A stretch of 64,000 nucleotides of DNA from Malacoraja senta (lineage: Eukaryota): positions 15,998,001 to 16,062,000 of the forward strand of contig CM075987.1 of the NCBI GenBank assembly GCA_038087875.1, given 5' to 3'. Below the pieces are notes generated by a model. The model saw nothing but the letters and a program-made list of their open reading frames with translations. It had not been told where the DNA came from and ran no database searches. Within the stretch, counting starts at the first letter, position 1, and every line of letters begins with the position of its first letter. Shown here one piece after another: positions 43,101-58,100 of the stretch. Both the position numbers and the translations under genes were made by a program.

Positions 43101-46100
43101 AACACCAATCCCATCTTCCACCCTCACCACCACACCCTATTTTCTGTCACCTTTAGAAGCAATGTTGCTTCTGATGCTGGTTGTTATTGATTATCTGAAA
43201 ACAAAACAAGCAATGTTGGCGTTAAACATCAGCAGATAAAGCTCTGTTAAGGTCATGAGTGAATGAAATGACCTTGAACCGAGAAGCATTGCTCAGCAAG
43301 CAGGATCCCACAGCTGAATGTTTATTTAAGTACAGCTTCAGTGCCTCTGACACTTCAAGTGTGGCTTCCTACCAGGTAGAAACAAAGAACTGCCGATGCT
43401 AGTTGATGCCAAAGATAGACACAAAGTCGTGGAGTAACTTAGCAGGTCAGGCAGCATCTCTGGAGAAAAAGGTCAGGTGACATTTCAAGTTGGGATCACT
43501 AGTCTGAAGAAGGGTCCCGACTCAAAATGTCACCCATCCTTTTTCTCCAGAGATACTGCCTGACCCGCTGAGTTACTCCAGCACTTTGTGTCTAGCCTTC
43601 CTACCTAGCAGGAAACGTAGAAACATAGAAAAATAGGTGCAGGAGTAGGCCATTCGTTCCTTCGAGCCAGCACCGTATTCAATATGATCATGGCTGATCA
43701 TCTAAAATCAGTACCCCGTTCCTGCTTTTCCCCATATCCCATGATTCCTTTAGCCCAATGAGCTAAATCTAACTCTCTCTTGAAAACATCCAGTGAAATG
43801 GCCTCCACTGCCTTTTGTGGAAGAGAATTCTACAGATTCATAATTCTGGGTGAAAAAGTTTTTTCCTCATCTCAGTCCTAACTGGCCTACCCCTTATTCT
43901 TAAACTGTGACTGGACTCTCCCAACATCGGGAACATTTTTCCTGCATCTAGCCTGTCCAATCCTTTAAGAATATTATATGTACTCCTAACAGGACTCCTA
44001 ACAGTTTCAGTTAAAATCCCCCCAAGATCTTTTACCTTTCCATTTGACCCCTGTCTGTAGGTACCTTTCCCATAACCTAAAGCAGCAGACTGTTATGACA
44101 GTGGTGAATCATCTTGACGTTGGCTCCTTCCCCGTTGGCTCTCCTCAGCCATAATTGGTAATAAATGATCAAGTTTAATTTCCAGATGTATCATCTAATG
44201 AATGCCCTAAAACAGGTGGATTACTTCTGCCGGAGGACTCCTTTTATAGCAAATTATCTCATAAAGGGACTTGAAATAGGCTACTTTTAAAATATTTATG
44301 ATAATCTAGGCAGCGGATGGCAGGGAGACCAGTGGATTTGAGGAATCTCGCACCACTACCTCCGCGAATTCTTCTATGGTCACAAAATGTGGGGTTATAG
44401 ATGTTGTTATCCTGCCTGTGTTCAGTTGCAGAGGTAACATGAGTAGTGGCATATATATCCATGCCACTGCTTCCTTCAGCGGTTCAGATAGCATTAATGT
44501 CCGTCGCCAACACGTGTTCCCAATGAGTCAGCTTTGTTCCAATGTTGGTCATGTGCACCTTGGCTCCAAAGAAATTCCAGTCCAATATACTGTATGAAAC
44601 CTTAATGCAAACCATTTGTCTTTTCCAGCTATTATAAAGGAACAATAACTTACATTTTGTGGGAAAGTACCAATGCCTTAATGGCAGTGGCTGAGGTAAG
44701 TAATTAATTTGTTAGAGTTGAATATTTTACTATTACTATTATGTTTTATTATTAAAGTTAAAACATTTGTCATAATTTCACATTTACATTGATCAGTTTA
44801 AGTGATATGTGGTACTATTTTATTGTAGTAATAGGATTAACTTTTAAGCCCCTCTAGCCTTTCCTATTAGTTTTTAAAGAACATACCTTGCAATGTTCTT
44901 TACTTTCCTTCTTCTGAAGACACTGACTCAGCTGGGGCAAGGTTCCGCTGTGCTCATTTTGTTTCTGAACCATACATAAGTGGCTTTTCATACAATGGTC
45001 CATTGTGGACTAGAGTTTGAGTCACACTGAGCTTGATATTCAGGAGCTAAATAGGTTCTTAAGCTTGCAACACACCAAACAGCAAGTGTGTGCTCCTTAC
45101 AAGGCACAAGGACATCGTGCTCCTGCGATGTGGTATGAGGCAAACTGATAAGCACAAGTCCATAAGTCATAGGCGTAGAATTGGGCCATTCGGCCCATCG
45201 AATCCACTCCACCATTCAATCATGGCTGATCTATCTTTCCCTCTCAACCGCATTCTCCTGCCTTCTCCCCATAACTTTTCACATCCTTGCTAATCGTGAA
45301 TCTGTCAATCTCCCCTTTAAAAACACCCAATCACTTGGTCTCCACAGCCCTCATCATCTGAGTACCATGCTTAAAATGGGCATTGTGCTTGGACCTGTCA
45401 CATGTTCAAGTAGGGTACCTGCTGCACGTTAGAGACATTGGGGGAATAGTTGGTGAATACAGCAAGGACCCAGGTGGAACGATGTCCAAGTACGGCCAAA
45501 CCAGGAGGCTGCCATCACAAACAAATTTTTTTTACAGTATTACCTGAACATGCAGCAATAGGTGTTGTAATGTTCCTTCGCACTCCATGAAAAAACCATG
45601 GGCTGCTACCAACTCCCATCCCAGTTCTCAGCTCTTGTTTGTCATCTGCCTCCCTCATGACCACCTCTCCCTTCCTTTTCCCTTAAACAATTAATCAAAG
45701 GATGCTATGAGTGTGTGTCTGCCAGTGGATGATAAGTAGTCTGTGAGTTGGACGCCTTCAGCAGGTGCCCAGTAAATATGCACAGCGCAGCAGTCCAGTA
45801 TAATGATACCCAAACTGCTGGATGTACGACTTACTGTATCTGTTACATTGCACGGGTTCTTTCTTGCATCCAATTTGAATGAATGGCAGTGGGTTATTTC
45901 ACAAAGGATATCACAGCAGAGTGTGATCTTTCATCTGCTTGGCAGGAATCTCTGAAGAGCCAGTGGGGCTAAGAATTCGGATTTTCTTCTTGCTTGCTTC
46001 CAGAAAAGCTAGTGCCAATTTAAATTATTTGCTCCCTGAAACAGCTGCTGAAGCCCAGGCAAAGGATTTGCAATTAATTTGGTTCAGGATCACACAGGCA

Positions 46101-49100
46101 AAGAATCAGCAAACCGGTTAGGGAAGGTAGTTTTTAATTTTAACGATGCCATCAGATCCCGTGCCATTCAAATGACATTACCTGATACACTAAATAGTTT
46201 GGGGCTTATATTGACTCTGTATCATCTTTTGATGGAAATATTGTGCATTCACGCAAAGGCAGAGGGTTGACCACCATAGATCTGATGCAGCAGGAAAATG
46301 ACAGCATGGAGGCTTTGGTTGTGGGAATGAATAAAAAGTCACGGTCAGCAGAGCCAAGCTTTCCTGTTGTGTGAGCGGCCCTGGTGAAAAGGAGAGACAA
46401 GGAACTGCAGATGCTGGAATCTTGCATCGAACAAAAAGTGTTGGAGTAGCTCAGTGGGTCAGGCAGCATCTCTGGAGGACCAGGATAGGCGATATTTCAA
46501 GTCGGGGACCCTTCTTCAACCCCATTGATAGCACAGATTAGAAAATCAGATAAATATGCAAGGCAGTTCCTTTCAGACTTTTGATAACATTAAAGTATTG
46601 CCCTGCATCACCCAAAGAATGAATGCCTTTTAGTATCTGGTGTCTGCGAGTGGATGGCATGTCCTCGGCAGTGTAACTCGACAGTTATTGTTGTGGTACA
46701 TTGTTATTGAAGGCACAGACGTGATGGGCCAAACTCTCTTTATCAGTTCCTACATCATATTCTTATTAAGGTGGCCCGACAGCTTAATTTCACATGTCCC
46801 TCGACTCCTTTCATCATACCCGCTGCCTTTTGGCTTTAACCTAACAAACTCTTAAGTAACATTAATCATGTTTCACTGTGTAATCCTTTTCTTTACCTGT
46901 GAAAGGACTATTACAAAAAGAAAGAACGAACTCTAATCAGCAGGCCTGAGTACTTAAAGGACACATTTGAACAATGCGCGGAGGAGGTGATTCAGAAGAT
47001 GCTGTCATATCAAGTTCAGGCAACTGACTATTACAATAACAGTCTGCAAGGTAACGGAACAGTACATTTTATCATGTAATTTCCATCATATGTGTAATTT
47101 CATGAAGTTTACGAAGAAATACATAGAAAACTATGTCACTCTTTGAGTACATTTTATTTTCTATTTGGTAATGTCTTCATAGTTTGTTTCAGTTCATTTT
47201 GTGGTGGCAGGAACAAGATGAGTAAAAGGGTGCTTTTGTGGCTTCAGCTGATACACAGACCACTTATGGTCGAACCCTCGTCAGTAGTTACAAAGGCTGT
47301 CACATGACGTCAGGGGCTAAGGGGAGTGTCCTGCTACATAAGTATATCTCACCTTGAGATCACCCCAGTCAACAGGTAGCTGAGCTCCAGACAACACCTT
47401 CACTCAGCTACAGCAGCAATGACAATTATGTTAGTGGACCAAACTTCCATGTAAAACCTGAATAAAGCAACTGTTTATTCACCACATTTGGTGCCGCTAC
47501 ACTTTTGTACTTTTTCTCTTCCCTTTCTTCTCACCCTGAGGTTATTTGGTTGCTGGGTTATAGCTCAGTGGGTATTGACTCTATGTGAGCACCAGTACTG
47601 AGCTCGCTGACACCAGAGGCTGGAAAATTATAAAAGCCTCTAACAGTATCAGACTGAGATCACATTATTCAGCCAAAACCAGCCATGTCACAGAATATCA
47701 GACTGAAGAAGGGTCTCGACCTGAAGCATCACCCATTCCTTCTCTCCAGAGATGCTGAGTTACTCCAGCAATTTGTGTCTACCTTCGGTTTAAACCAGCA
47801 TCTGTAGTTCCTTCCTACACACTTTGGAACTAAATAGTTTTCAAATATTGTAAGCAGTTTACCTCTGTTCAGCTTCTGTCTTCTTTGTCACATCCATTTT
47901 TACTGTAGTAAGTCAACACATTTTCCTCATATTTTTCCCACATTTATGCTGTTCCGTGCAGTTATGGTCAAAAATAGCTACAAAGGCTTCCATCACTATT
48001 ATTTCTGAAGTGCTAAAGTTTTCAGTCTCTAGTCTCTCCCTGGCATGTCTGTTCTCCATTGTCTGATCTAAGGCTGTTATGGCCATTGATCTGACACCCA
48101 CACATGAAAAAAAATGAAAGGCCCGGGAGTGAAAGAAAAACAGAGGAGGTGCAACAAGTGTTCTCTCATACTCACCCAATTCTTTATCTAATAAAGTATA
48201 AAGGAAGCATTTCCATGGTAACTCTGTTACTTGGTGACGATAACCACTGCAGTTATTGATAGGATCCTCAGAAAAATGGTATAAGCAAAAGATCTGGGGG
48301 ATGTACAGTGAACCTGTGAAAACTCCCCCCCACCCCCATCCCAAACAAATTTCTGACCTCTTCCAAGGCTGGGTCCAACACCCTTGGTCACAGTTTGTGG
48401 GAACTTGGCCAAATGGGATTACCTTAGAGAGGCGAGTTGGGCCGAAGGGCCTTTTTCCATGCTGTGTGACTCCCTACCTGACACATTATTGAAAGCCCAT
48501 TCATCATAAGCTCTGTAATTTTTCTAGGGTACTGCTCACCTCCACACTGTGAAGAGGCAGTTTAGGCCACTCATGGATTGTTGCTACATCTCTGAAAGAA
48601 AGTAGTGTTGTCATATTTACTTTTAGCTAAACATTGAAACCTTCCTTCAACCTCCGTGTTTTATTTTGTTCCTTCAGAGTTCAGAGAGCTGCTGCTGCTG
48701 TTTGAGCAGTTGCTCCCTGCTGTTCCTCAATTCCTGATTGAAGAAATTCTGAAGCATCACATGGAATTATTCACAAAGTCGATAGCTGATAAACACTGCA
48801 CATCCTGCAAGAAACAGCAGCAAATGGCGAATGTAAAGGTAGAAAGGCAAAATAGAAAATATATAAAATACAATACAATACAATACCGTTTATTGTCATT
48901 TGAACCTCAAATGAAGTTCAAACGAAATTTGGTTTCTGCAGTCATACAAGAAGAAGAAACAATTAACATGACACGCAACCAACACAATTCACACAAACAT
49001 CCATCACAGTGAATCTCCTCCTCACTGTCATGGAAGGCAAAGTCTTGTCTCTCCCCTGCTCTCCATTCCTCTCCCGATGTTAAAGCCCCCGGCGGGCGAT

Positions 49101-52100
49101 GGCAAGTCCCGCGGCCGTTAAAGCCGCGCCGGGCGATGTAAGGCCCTGCTCCGGGTCGTTTTCAACCCCGCAATTCGGGTGGGAGAAGTTGCCGTTGCGG
49201 GAGCTCCGAAAAGCGGTCTCCCACCAGGGACCCGCGAGCTCCCGATGTCACCGTCCACCGGGCCTGCGGCTGGAGCCTCCGAAGCTCTGGAGTCGGGTCG
49301 CAACCGCGCGCCACCACAGCTCTCCACGCTCCGAAGCCGGCCAGCTCCACGATGGTAAGTCCGCAGGGAAAAGGTCAGGTCTCCCGTACAGGGAAGTGAT
49401 TTAAAAGTTTCCCCCACCCCCTGCCCCGCCCCCCACATATACACAGCTAAAAACAATATATAAACCACAACAAACTATACACTCAACGGGACAAAAATTT
49501 AAAAAGACAGACGGACTGCAGAGGATGCTGCCGCGAGGCGGCGGCATTTTACAACAACGTAGATAACTCTGCTTATTGTGCCTTTTCTGTTGCTGCAGTT
49601 AGCTTGTGACTACCCACACTCCTCAAAATCATCCCATTACACCATCTTCTTCAGACATTAAGATTGTTCTTACACCTCGCCCTATACACCCCAGCCATCC
49701 GCCCAGCATACACAAATGTACAATGGACGGTCATCTTGCTATAAATACTTCAACTAAAAGCTAAGCTGAGAATGTGGAGAAGCACAGCGCTTTTTTTCCA
49801 TCATGATTTTTAATATGCTTAACTTTCTGATTTCACTATGTATGAACTTAGTTTAGCAGGTTTTAAATCTGTTTTCACTACATTGTCACAAAAAAAAAGG
49901 TAACATGTAAACTAGGCTGCATCATAGGCTGAATGAAGGGGCTAAGCCCTGAATGCATACTTGCTTTATTCTATTTATTTCCATTAGGCTGGGAACAAAC
50001 AGAGGCTGAGGCCAATTCTGGGTCATCCCAACAACCGCGAGATGCTAAAGAGTTTGTGCGAAGAGGAGGAAGAACGACAAGGCACTGAAGCCACAGAGAT
50101 CACGTCTAATTGGGAGAAACTCAAGGCAAGAAGACAATTGAACATTACCAACACCAGATGGGCCATTAACGCTCTTAAATCATTTGCTGTTTTTGGACGG
50201 TTCTCTAGCAGAGATCTAATGAAAAATCCTAACTTTAGATCCTGTAAAGATCTTAGTTCTTAACTGAGATTTAGTTACAAATGAAATCCCACTGTGAGAG
50301 GGCAAATAATAATGCACTCAGGGAGTTATAGAGATGCAGAGCATGGTAACAGGCCCTACGGCCCACCATGTGCATGCCAACCAAGTTACCATCCTGGGCT
50401 AGTCCCATTTGCCAGCCTTTGGCTTACAGCCATTGAAACCTTTTCGATCCATATCCATACACGTGATCCATAGATTGTCTTCACGTTGAACTTCCTACAA
50501 CAATCCCTGACATAGTTACTTTAGTGAGGTAGTGGAGAATTACTGTTACACCTGGAATTGAATTCTTGAAAGAATCATCATTATTACAGTATTACTCTCA
50601 GAGAGTAAACAACATGGCATTCATTCATTAAAGTATTCATTCATTCATGGCAAACCAATGAACAATTTGCTTGTCATAAGGTATTATTCCCAACCCGGAT
50701 GTATGGCTGTACGAAATATGTTCTAACCAGACCCTCTTGCCTCTCTTCCATTACAGTCATTTTTATTTCACATTTTCACAGCAATGTTTAAATGAGCACA
50801 CAAAGAATTTTGTGTCCGAGCTCTCCAGACTCTCTGAACTGCTCCTCCTGGAGTTTGACAACTTCCTCATCGTTGATGATGTCGAAATTTCTGGTAAACT
50901 TTTTTTTTTCACATTTCTTGTTTGTTCGTTCTAAGTCATCTCGGGGGGCCTCAGAGAAAGTGAATTGTTTGTGTTAAATTATGCTGTAAAAACTCTTTGC
51001 CTCTCTAGATATGCCTCTGAAGATATTCCTCAAATACTGCTCTCTCTGTTGCAATTGATGAACAAGTTTGTTTACTAATGTTCTTTTTTTCTCATCTATG
51101 TTGAAGGCACTACATAAATGCAAACCATTGTTATTGCTTCACAAGTACGTGTAGTCGCCTCACCTACAGTGCCCTCCATAATGTTTGGGACAAAGACCCA
51201 CCATTTATTTATTTGTCTCTGTACTCCACAATTTGAGATTTGTAATAGAAAAAAATCCCGTGGTTAAAGTGCACATTGTCAGATTTTAATAAAGTCCATT
51301 TTTGTACATTTTGGTTTCACCATGCAGAAAATACAGCTGTGTTTATACATAGTCCGCTCATTTCAGGGCACCATAATGTTTGGGACACATGGCTTCACAG
51401 GCGTTTGTAATTGCTCAGGTGTGTTTAATTGCCTCCTTAATGCAGGTATAAGAGAGCTCTCAGCACCTAGTCTTTCCTCCAGTCTTTCCATCACCTTTGG
51501 AAACTGTTTTTGTTTTTTTATCAACATGAGGACCAAAGTTGTGTCAATGAAAGTCAAAGAATCCATTATGAGACTGAGAAACTAGAATAAAACTGTTCTT
51601 CATCAGCCAAACCTTAGGCTTACCTAAATAAACTGTTTGGAACATCATTAAGACGAAAGAGAGCACTGGTGAGCTTACTAATTGCAAAGGGACTGGCAGG
51701 CCAAGGAAAACCTCCACAGCTGATGACAGAAGAATTATCTCTATAATAAAGAAAAATCCCCAAACACATGTCCGACAGATCAGAAACACTCTTCAGGAGT
51801 CAGGTGTGGATTTGTCAATGACCTCTGTCCGCAGAAGACTTCATGAACAGAAATACAGAGGCTACACTGCAAGATGCAAACCACTGGTTAGCCGCAAAAA
51901 TAGGATGTCCGGGTTACGTTTGCCAAGAAGTACTTAAAAGAGCAACCAGAGTTCTGGAAAAAGGTCTTGTGGCCAGATGAGATGAAGATTAACTTATATC
52001 GGAGTGATGGCAAGAGCAAAGTATGGAGGAGAGAAGGAACTGCCCAAGATCTAAAGCATACCACCTCATCTGTGAAACACGGTGGTGTTATGGGCTGGCA

Positions 52101-55100
52101 TGTATGGCTGCTGAAGGTACTGGCTCACTTATCTTCATTGATGACACAACTGCTGATGGTAGTAGCATAAGGAATTTAAACAAATGCCTCAAAACGCATT
52201 GGCCGGCGGTTCATTCTACAGCAAGACAATGATCCCAAACATACTGCTAAAGCAACAAAGGTGTTTTTCAAAGTTAAAAATGAGTTTTTCAAAGTTAAAA
52301 ATGTGGCCAAGTCAATCACCTGATCAGAACCAAATTGAACATGCCTTTTATATGCTGAAGAGAAAACAGAAGGGTACTACCCCCCAAAACAAGCATAAGC
52401 TAAAGATAGCTGCAATACAGGCCTGGCAGAGCATCACCAGAGAAGACACCCAGCAACTGGTGATGTCCATGAATCGCAGACTTCAAGCAGTCATTGCATG
52501 CAAAGGATATGCAACAAAATACTAAACAAGACTACTTTCATTTACATGACATTGCTGTGTCCCAAAAATTATGGTGCCCTGAAATTGGGGGACTATGTAT
52601 AAACACTGCTATCATTTCTACATGGTTGAAACCAAAATGTATAAAAATGGCCTTTATTAAAAGCTGACAATGTGCACTTTAACCACATGTGATTTTTTAT
52701 ATTACAAATCTCAAATTGTGGAGTACAGAGGCAAATAAATAAATGATAGGTCTTTGTCCCAAACATTATGGAGGACACTGTATTTAACCAACTCAAAGCC
52801 TATATTGCCCCTGAATAAGAATATAAGGATATTTGAACACTCAGTCTTTTTCCCTGGGTGGAGTATTCTAAAACGTATCATCTCCGAATACGTATGCAGA
52901 TAAAGCAGCTTAATTAAGGGGAAAGAAACTGGAGGCCACAGGCTTAACGTCAGAAGGGAGAGATTTAAGAGGGGACCTCAGGGACAACTTGTTCACTCAG
53001 AGGGAGATCACATCTGGAATGTGCTGCCAGGAAAAGCTATAGAAACGGATATAATTATAACTTGTATAAGACATTTGGACAGATATATGGATAGGAAGGG
53101 TTTGGAGGGAGAGAGGTGAAATGCAGGCAAATGGGACTAGCCCAGTATGCCAAATTGATCAGCATGACGATGGGCTGAAAGGCCTGTTTCCATGGTGTAC
53201 AGCAAAGGCAATAGATGAGCATCAAGCCGCAGACTGTGATTATAACTGAAAAGTATCTCCCATTTATAGTAGATAAACAATGCCTGACTTTAGTGACATG
53301 TGATGGGTGAAACCCTATATATGCACACAATCAGTAGTCAGTAGTTCACAGCTTCTTCCCCCTTGGTTAAGCTGCTTAGTTTTGGAAATAGTAACTGCTG
53401 AGTTGAACAGGCAGCATCTCTGGAGATAAGGAATGAGTGACGTTTTGGGTCGAGACCCTTCTTCAGACTGACTCCCTCTCTCTGCATCCCCTCCCCCTTC
53501 CCATTTCTCCCACCAGTCTTACTGTCTCCGACTACATTCTATCTCTGCCCCACCCACTCCCCTGACATCAGTCTGAGGAAGGGTCTTGACCCAAAATGTC
53601 ACCCATTCCTTCTCTCCAGAGATGCTGCCTGTCCCACTGATTTACTCCAGCATTTTGTGTCTACCTTTGATTTAAACCGGCATCTGCAGTTCTTTCCCAC
53701 ACCGTGCTGAGTTCAAGCTACATTTTACCAGCAGGATCAGAATATACTGTATATTATGATATATATTTTCTCTGCAAGCATTATCTTTGCCCTACTCTGA
53801 CAGCTAAAACCATGGGAGGGCATGGTGCAGTGGGGAATGTGTTTTGCAACAGATAGGTCAAGTGAAAGGGGAAAACGCTCAACAAGTGGGGTTTAATGTA
53901 GGAAAGTGTCAGATCGGGCACTTCTTTGTGGGGAACCAGAAGGCAGACTGTTTTATAAATGAAAATAGATTGCAAATGAGTGGAACACGAAGCACAATAA
54001 AATGTGTAGTCAAGACAATAAGTAGTTAGGAATGCAAATATATATTGGCCCGATTGGTATGGGCGTCAAAGGTTAAGGAGAGGAGGCAAGAGGATGAGGT
54101 TGAGAGGGGAAAATAGGTCAGCCATGATTGAATGGCAGAGCAGACTCAAAGGGCCAAATGGCTTAATTCTGCTCCTATGTCCTTTGGTCTCATGGCCTTG
54201 ATTGCAAGGAGATTGGATTTTAGAAATATAAAAATATTCTTACATTTGAATATGGTGTTGGTAGGCTTCACCTGGAGTACAGTTCTGGTCCCTTTATTTA
54301 AGAAGGGATTTTCTAGCACTGGAGCCAGCCAGAAATGATTTACCAAAATAATTCCTGGGATGAAAGGGATTGCCTTATTGCAAAATGCCTAAAAACGTTT
54401 CACCTGGATTCTTTGAAGCATGGAAGAATGGGGGGTGATATTATTGATAGGGGACATAACAGGTTGAATGTAAGATGTTTCCACTTGTGAGGGACAAAAT
54501 TACAGAATAAGGAGGCAGTCATTTAAAACTAAGGTGCATACATATGTCTTCCTGCAGAGGCTAGTGAATCAATGGAGCACAGGGGGCTGTAAAGGATAGT
54601 TCATAGGGCAAGTGAACGCATTTTGAAAGGCAGGCAATTGTGGGCTGTGGGTCGCTGATGCAGAAAAGGAGATGGAGCCTGGTATGAATCAGCCATGACC
54701 ATGTTGAATGGCGAGGCAGCTTGCTGAGCTTGGTACCCACTCCGGCTCCCAGTTACACCTTACATCTTATGTCAGTTGTGCAACTTGCCCAGTACTATAT
54801 ATCCTTGCGGTGTAATTCTTCCTCTTGATGTAATTCAGTCATTTTGGACCCCTTTGTTTAATCTACAGACATTTCATCCCTGCGGATAGTTACAACGCTG
54901 ATCACATTTCTTGTGTTTCTAGCTTCTAATAACAGACATGAGCCATAACACCAGAAATATATGTCACAAAAGAACTCAAGAACTCTGCCTTACTAAAGAT
55001 AGCCACAAAATGCTGGTGTAACTCAGCAGGTCAGACAGCATGTCTGAAGAAGTCTGAAGTGAGTCTGAAAAAGAGTCCTGACTCGAAACGTCACCCATCC

Positions 55101-58100
55101 CTTTTCTCTAGAGATGCTGCCTGGCCCGCTGAGTTACTCCAGCACTTTGTGTCTATCTCTGGAGAAAATGGATAGGTGGCGATTCGGGTCGGGATCCTTC
55201 TTCAGTCTTCTTCAGTTCCTTTTTATTACATTTAAATTCTGTTTTATTTTTCAGATCTCTTTCCAGCACATGAAAGTGACTTCACTTTGTCTGAATGGAA
55301 GCAATCTGGGCCCCAACTGCAAGAGAAGGAAGCTTACGACAAACTTTCAGTCCCAGATGATCGAGCTGGCAGGTGATCAGTTCAGAATTACCTGAAGCAA
55401 ACTACTACATTGTCATTTCCAAATCTTGCCCCGAAATCTCACCAAGCCGTGTACTCATCCTCTTAAACCCCAATTTTCTTGCGGGTCTCAGGATGGGATT
55501 AGGACTCGCTAGAATTTCCATTTATCATCATTGTTCAAAACTTGCGATCTGAATATATAGCCTTGATTGTGAAGGTGTTGACCATGTGGCAGAGGGGAGG
55601 TATTGGAAGCATATCACAGTAAAGCACATCCCTGAAAGTGGCATCTCTGCTAGACAAAGTGGTGAAGAAGGCTTGTGGCACGCTGGCTTTCAACAGTCAG
55701 GGAATTGAGTATCGAAGTTGGGACATTATGTTACAGTTGTACAAAACATTGGTGAAGCCACACTTGAAGTATTGTGTTCAGTTTCAAACAACTCCATAAA
55801 ATCAACCCTCAAAAAATAAAATCTCTTGTGCTCTAAGGAACAAAGACCTCACCTGCCCAACCTCTCCCTATAGCTCAGGCCCTTGAGTCCTGGCAACATC
55901 CTTGTCAATCTTCTCTGCCCTTTTTCCTGTTTAATGGCATCTTTCTAATAGCAGGGTGATCAAAACGGAATGCAATACTCCAAGTGTGGCCTTGCCAATG
56001 TCTTGTACACTAAAACATAATGTTCCAATTTCTATACTTAATTCTTTGACTGGTGAAGGCCTTCTTTATCGCCCTGTCTACTGCCGATGCTTGGTCCTTC
56101 CAACTTTTCAGTTTATCATTCAGATTCCAGCATCTGCAGCTTTGGTTGTTTCCCATAACATTTTGTTCATTATGGATTATTATTTACCGCCCCCCTCCCC
56201 CCCCCCCCCCCCCCCCCCACTGGCAACTTTACCCAAAAGAGATGCTTCGTGGATCACCTTGAGGCAGTGCATGGATTTCATGTTCCGTGGAATATATTCC
56301 ACAATCCACGTCCCTTGGAGGAATTTTTTCCTTACTTTATACCTGCGTGAGATTACTGGTGAACTTTGTGATTTGGTATCGTTTTATTTTTTTCTTATTC
56401 CCTTGTGCAGGAGCTGGCCAGGAGTTCCAGCAAATGAACTTTTACAAGTTAATGCCCAGAGTTCGATCGGGGAGCCGGTAGCAGCGGGTGCCTTGTCTGC
56501 AGAAACTGCAGCGGTAACAACTGCTAAGAACACACTGGCTCACCTGGCTACCATGGAGGCGAGAGATGCAGCTTATGTGGTTAGTTGTTTTCTTTTTATT
56601 GATCTTTCTTCATATTTCTCTCGGTGTGAATCATTACCACAATCTGCGGCTTTCAGAAAATGCACATGCGTATCTCGAATGTAGACCCAGAGGTTGCAAG
56701 CATCACCAAGATGGTACTGAGCCATCCAGTTGTGAGGCTTTGTTCCACCCATCTGTGGCAATACTCTCAGAGCAGCAGATGCAATCCTTTTATCAGTGTC
56801 AGCTTTTGCTCAGCGGGTAGAACAGCTGCCGTTCAGACAGTGAGCTATTGTTTAAAATTCCACCTCAGAAATAATCCTAGTCAGAGGCTCTGGGCTGTAC
56901 TCTGGGAGTGCTGCACTATGTGTCTTTTTTTTAACTACTCATAGGAGTGTTCTATCTGTCAACTGATTGCTGCATCACATAACAAGTCACTACACTGCAA
57001 AGGTGCTTCATCATTGTAAGTGCATTGGAGTGACCTGAAGTACTAGATAAATGTATTTAGCAGACAACTGGCCTCAGCATTGAAGTTGTAAAAGGCAAAG
57101 TAACAACCCACCCATAGCATTTTTGGTGTCTTCAGCCAGGGGGGGGGGGGGAGTGGAAAATGTGGATAAACACCAGTACTTTTTTTGTGGACAAAAACCT
57201 TCTATTACTCTATGTATGTAACACTCCACACGCAGTACATCAATCTTGTTTTTAACTTTTTATGCCGTACTCATAGACTAATACACTGGGGAAACAGGCC
57301 CTTCGGCCCAACTTGCCACATGTACCAGCTACACTCGTCCCACCTGCCCGCGTTTGGTCCATATCCCTGCAAACCTGTCCTATCCATGTACCTGTCTAAC
57401 TGTTTCTTAAATGTTGGGATAGTCCCTGCCTCAACTACCTTCTCTGGCAGCTTGTTCCATACACACACCACCCTTGGTGTGAAAAGTTACCCCTCAGATT
57501 CCTATTAAATCTTTTCCCCTTCACCTTAAACCTATGTTCTCTGTTCCTCGACTCACCTACTCTGGGCAAGAGGCTACCCGATCAATTCCTCTCATGATTT
57601 TATACACCTCTCACCCCTACTAAGATCACCCCTCATCCTCCTGCGCTCCAAGGAATAGAGTCCCAGCCTACTCAACTTCTCCCTAGAGCTCAGACCCTCT
57701 AGCCCTGGCAACATCCTTGTAAATCTTCTCTGTACCCTTTCCAGCTTTACATCTTTCCTATAACGTGGTGCCCAGAACTGAACACACTACTTTAAATGCA
57801 GCCTCACCAACATCTCATACAACTGCAACATGACCTCCCAACTTCTATACTCGATATTCTGACTGATGAAGGCCAATGTGCCAAATGCCTTTTTAACCAC
57901 CCTATCTACCTGCGACCCCACCTTGAAGGAACCATGCACCTGCACTCCTAGTTCCCTCTGCTCTACAACACTCCCCAGAGCCCTACCATTCACTGTGTAG
58001 GCCCTGTCCATGTTAGACTTCCCAAAATGCAACACCTCACATTTCTCTGTATTAAATTCCATCAACCATTCCTCAGCCCACTTAGCTAATCGATCAAGAT

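Noticed and set aside
55956..56684. 242-aa ORF as a separate gene
   Set aside because: It is a chance read-through of LINE remnants and a poly-C run into the true exon 56411-56579.
4502..57151. Long G/C homopolymers (4502, 23385, 41619, 56197, 57138)
   Set aside because: Simple low-complexity runs with unreliable lengths and no supportable function, apart from the first serving as a pyrimidine tract.
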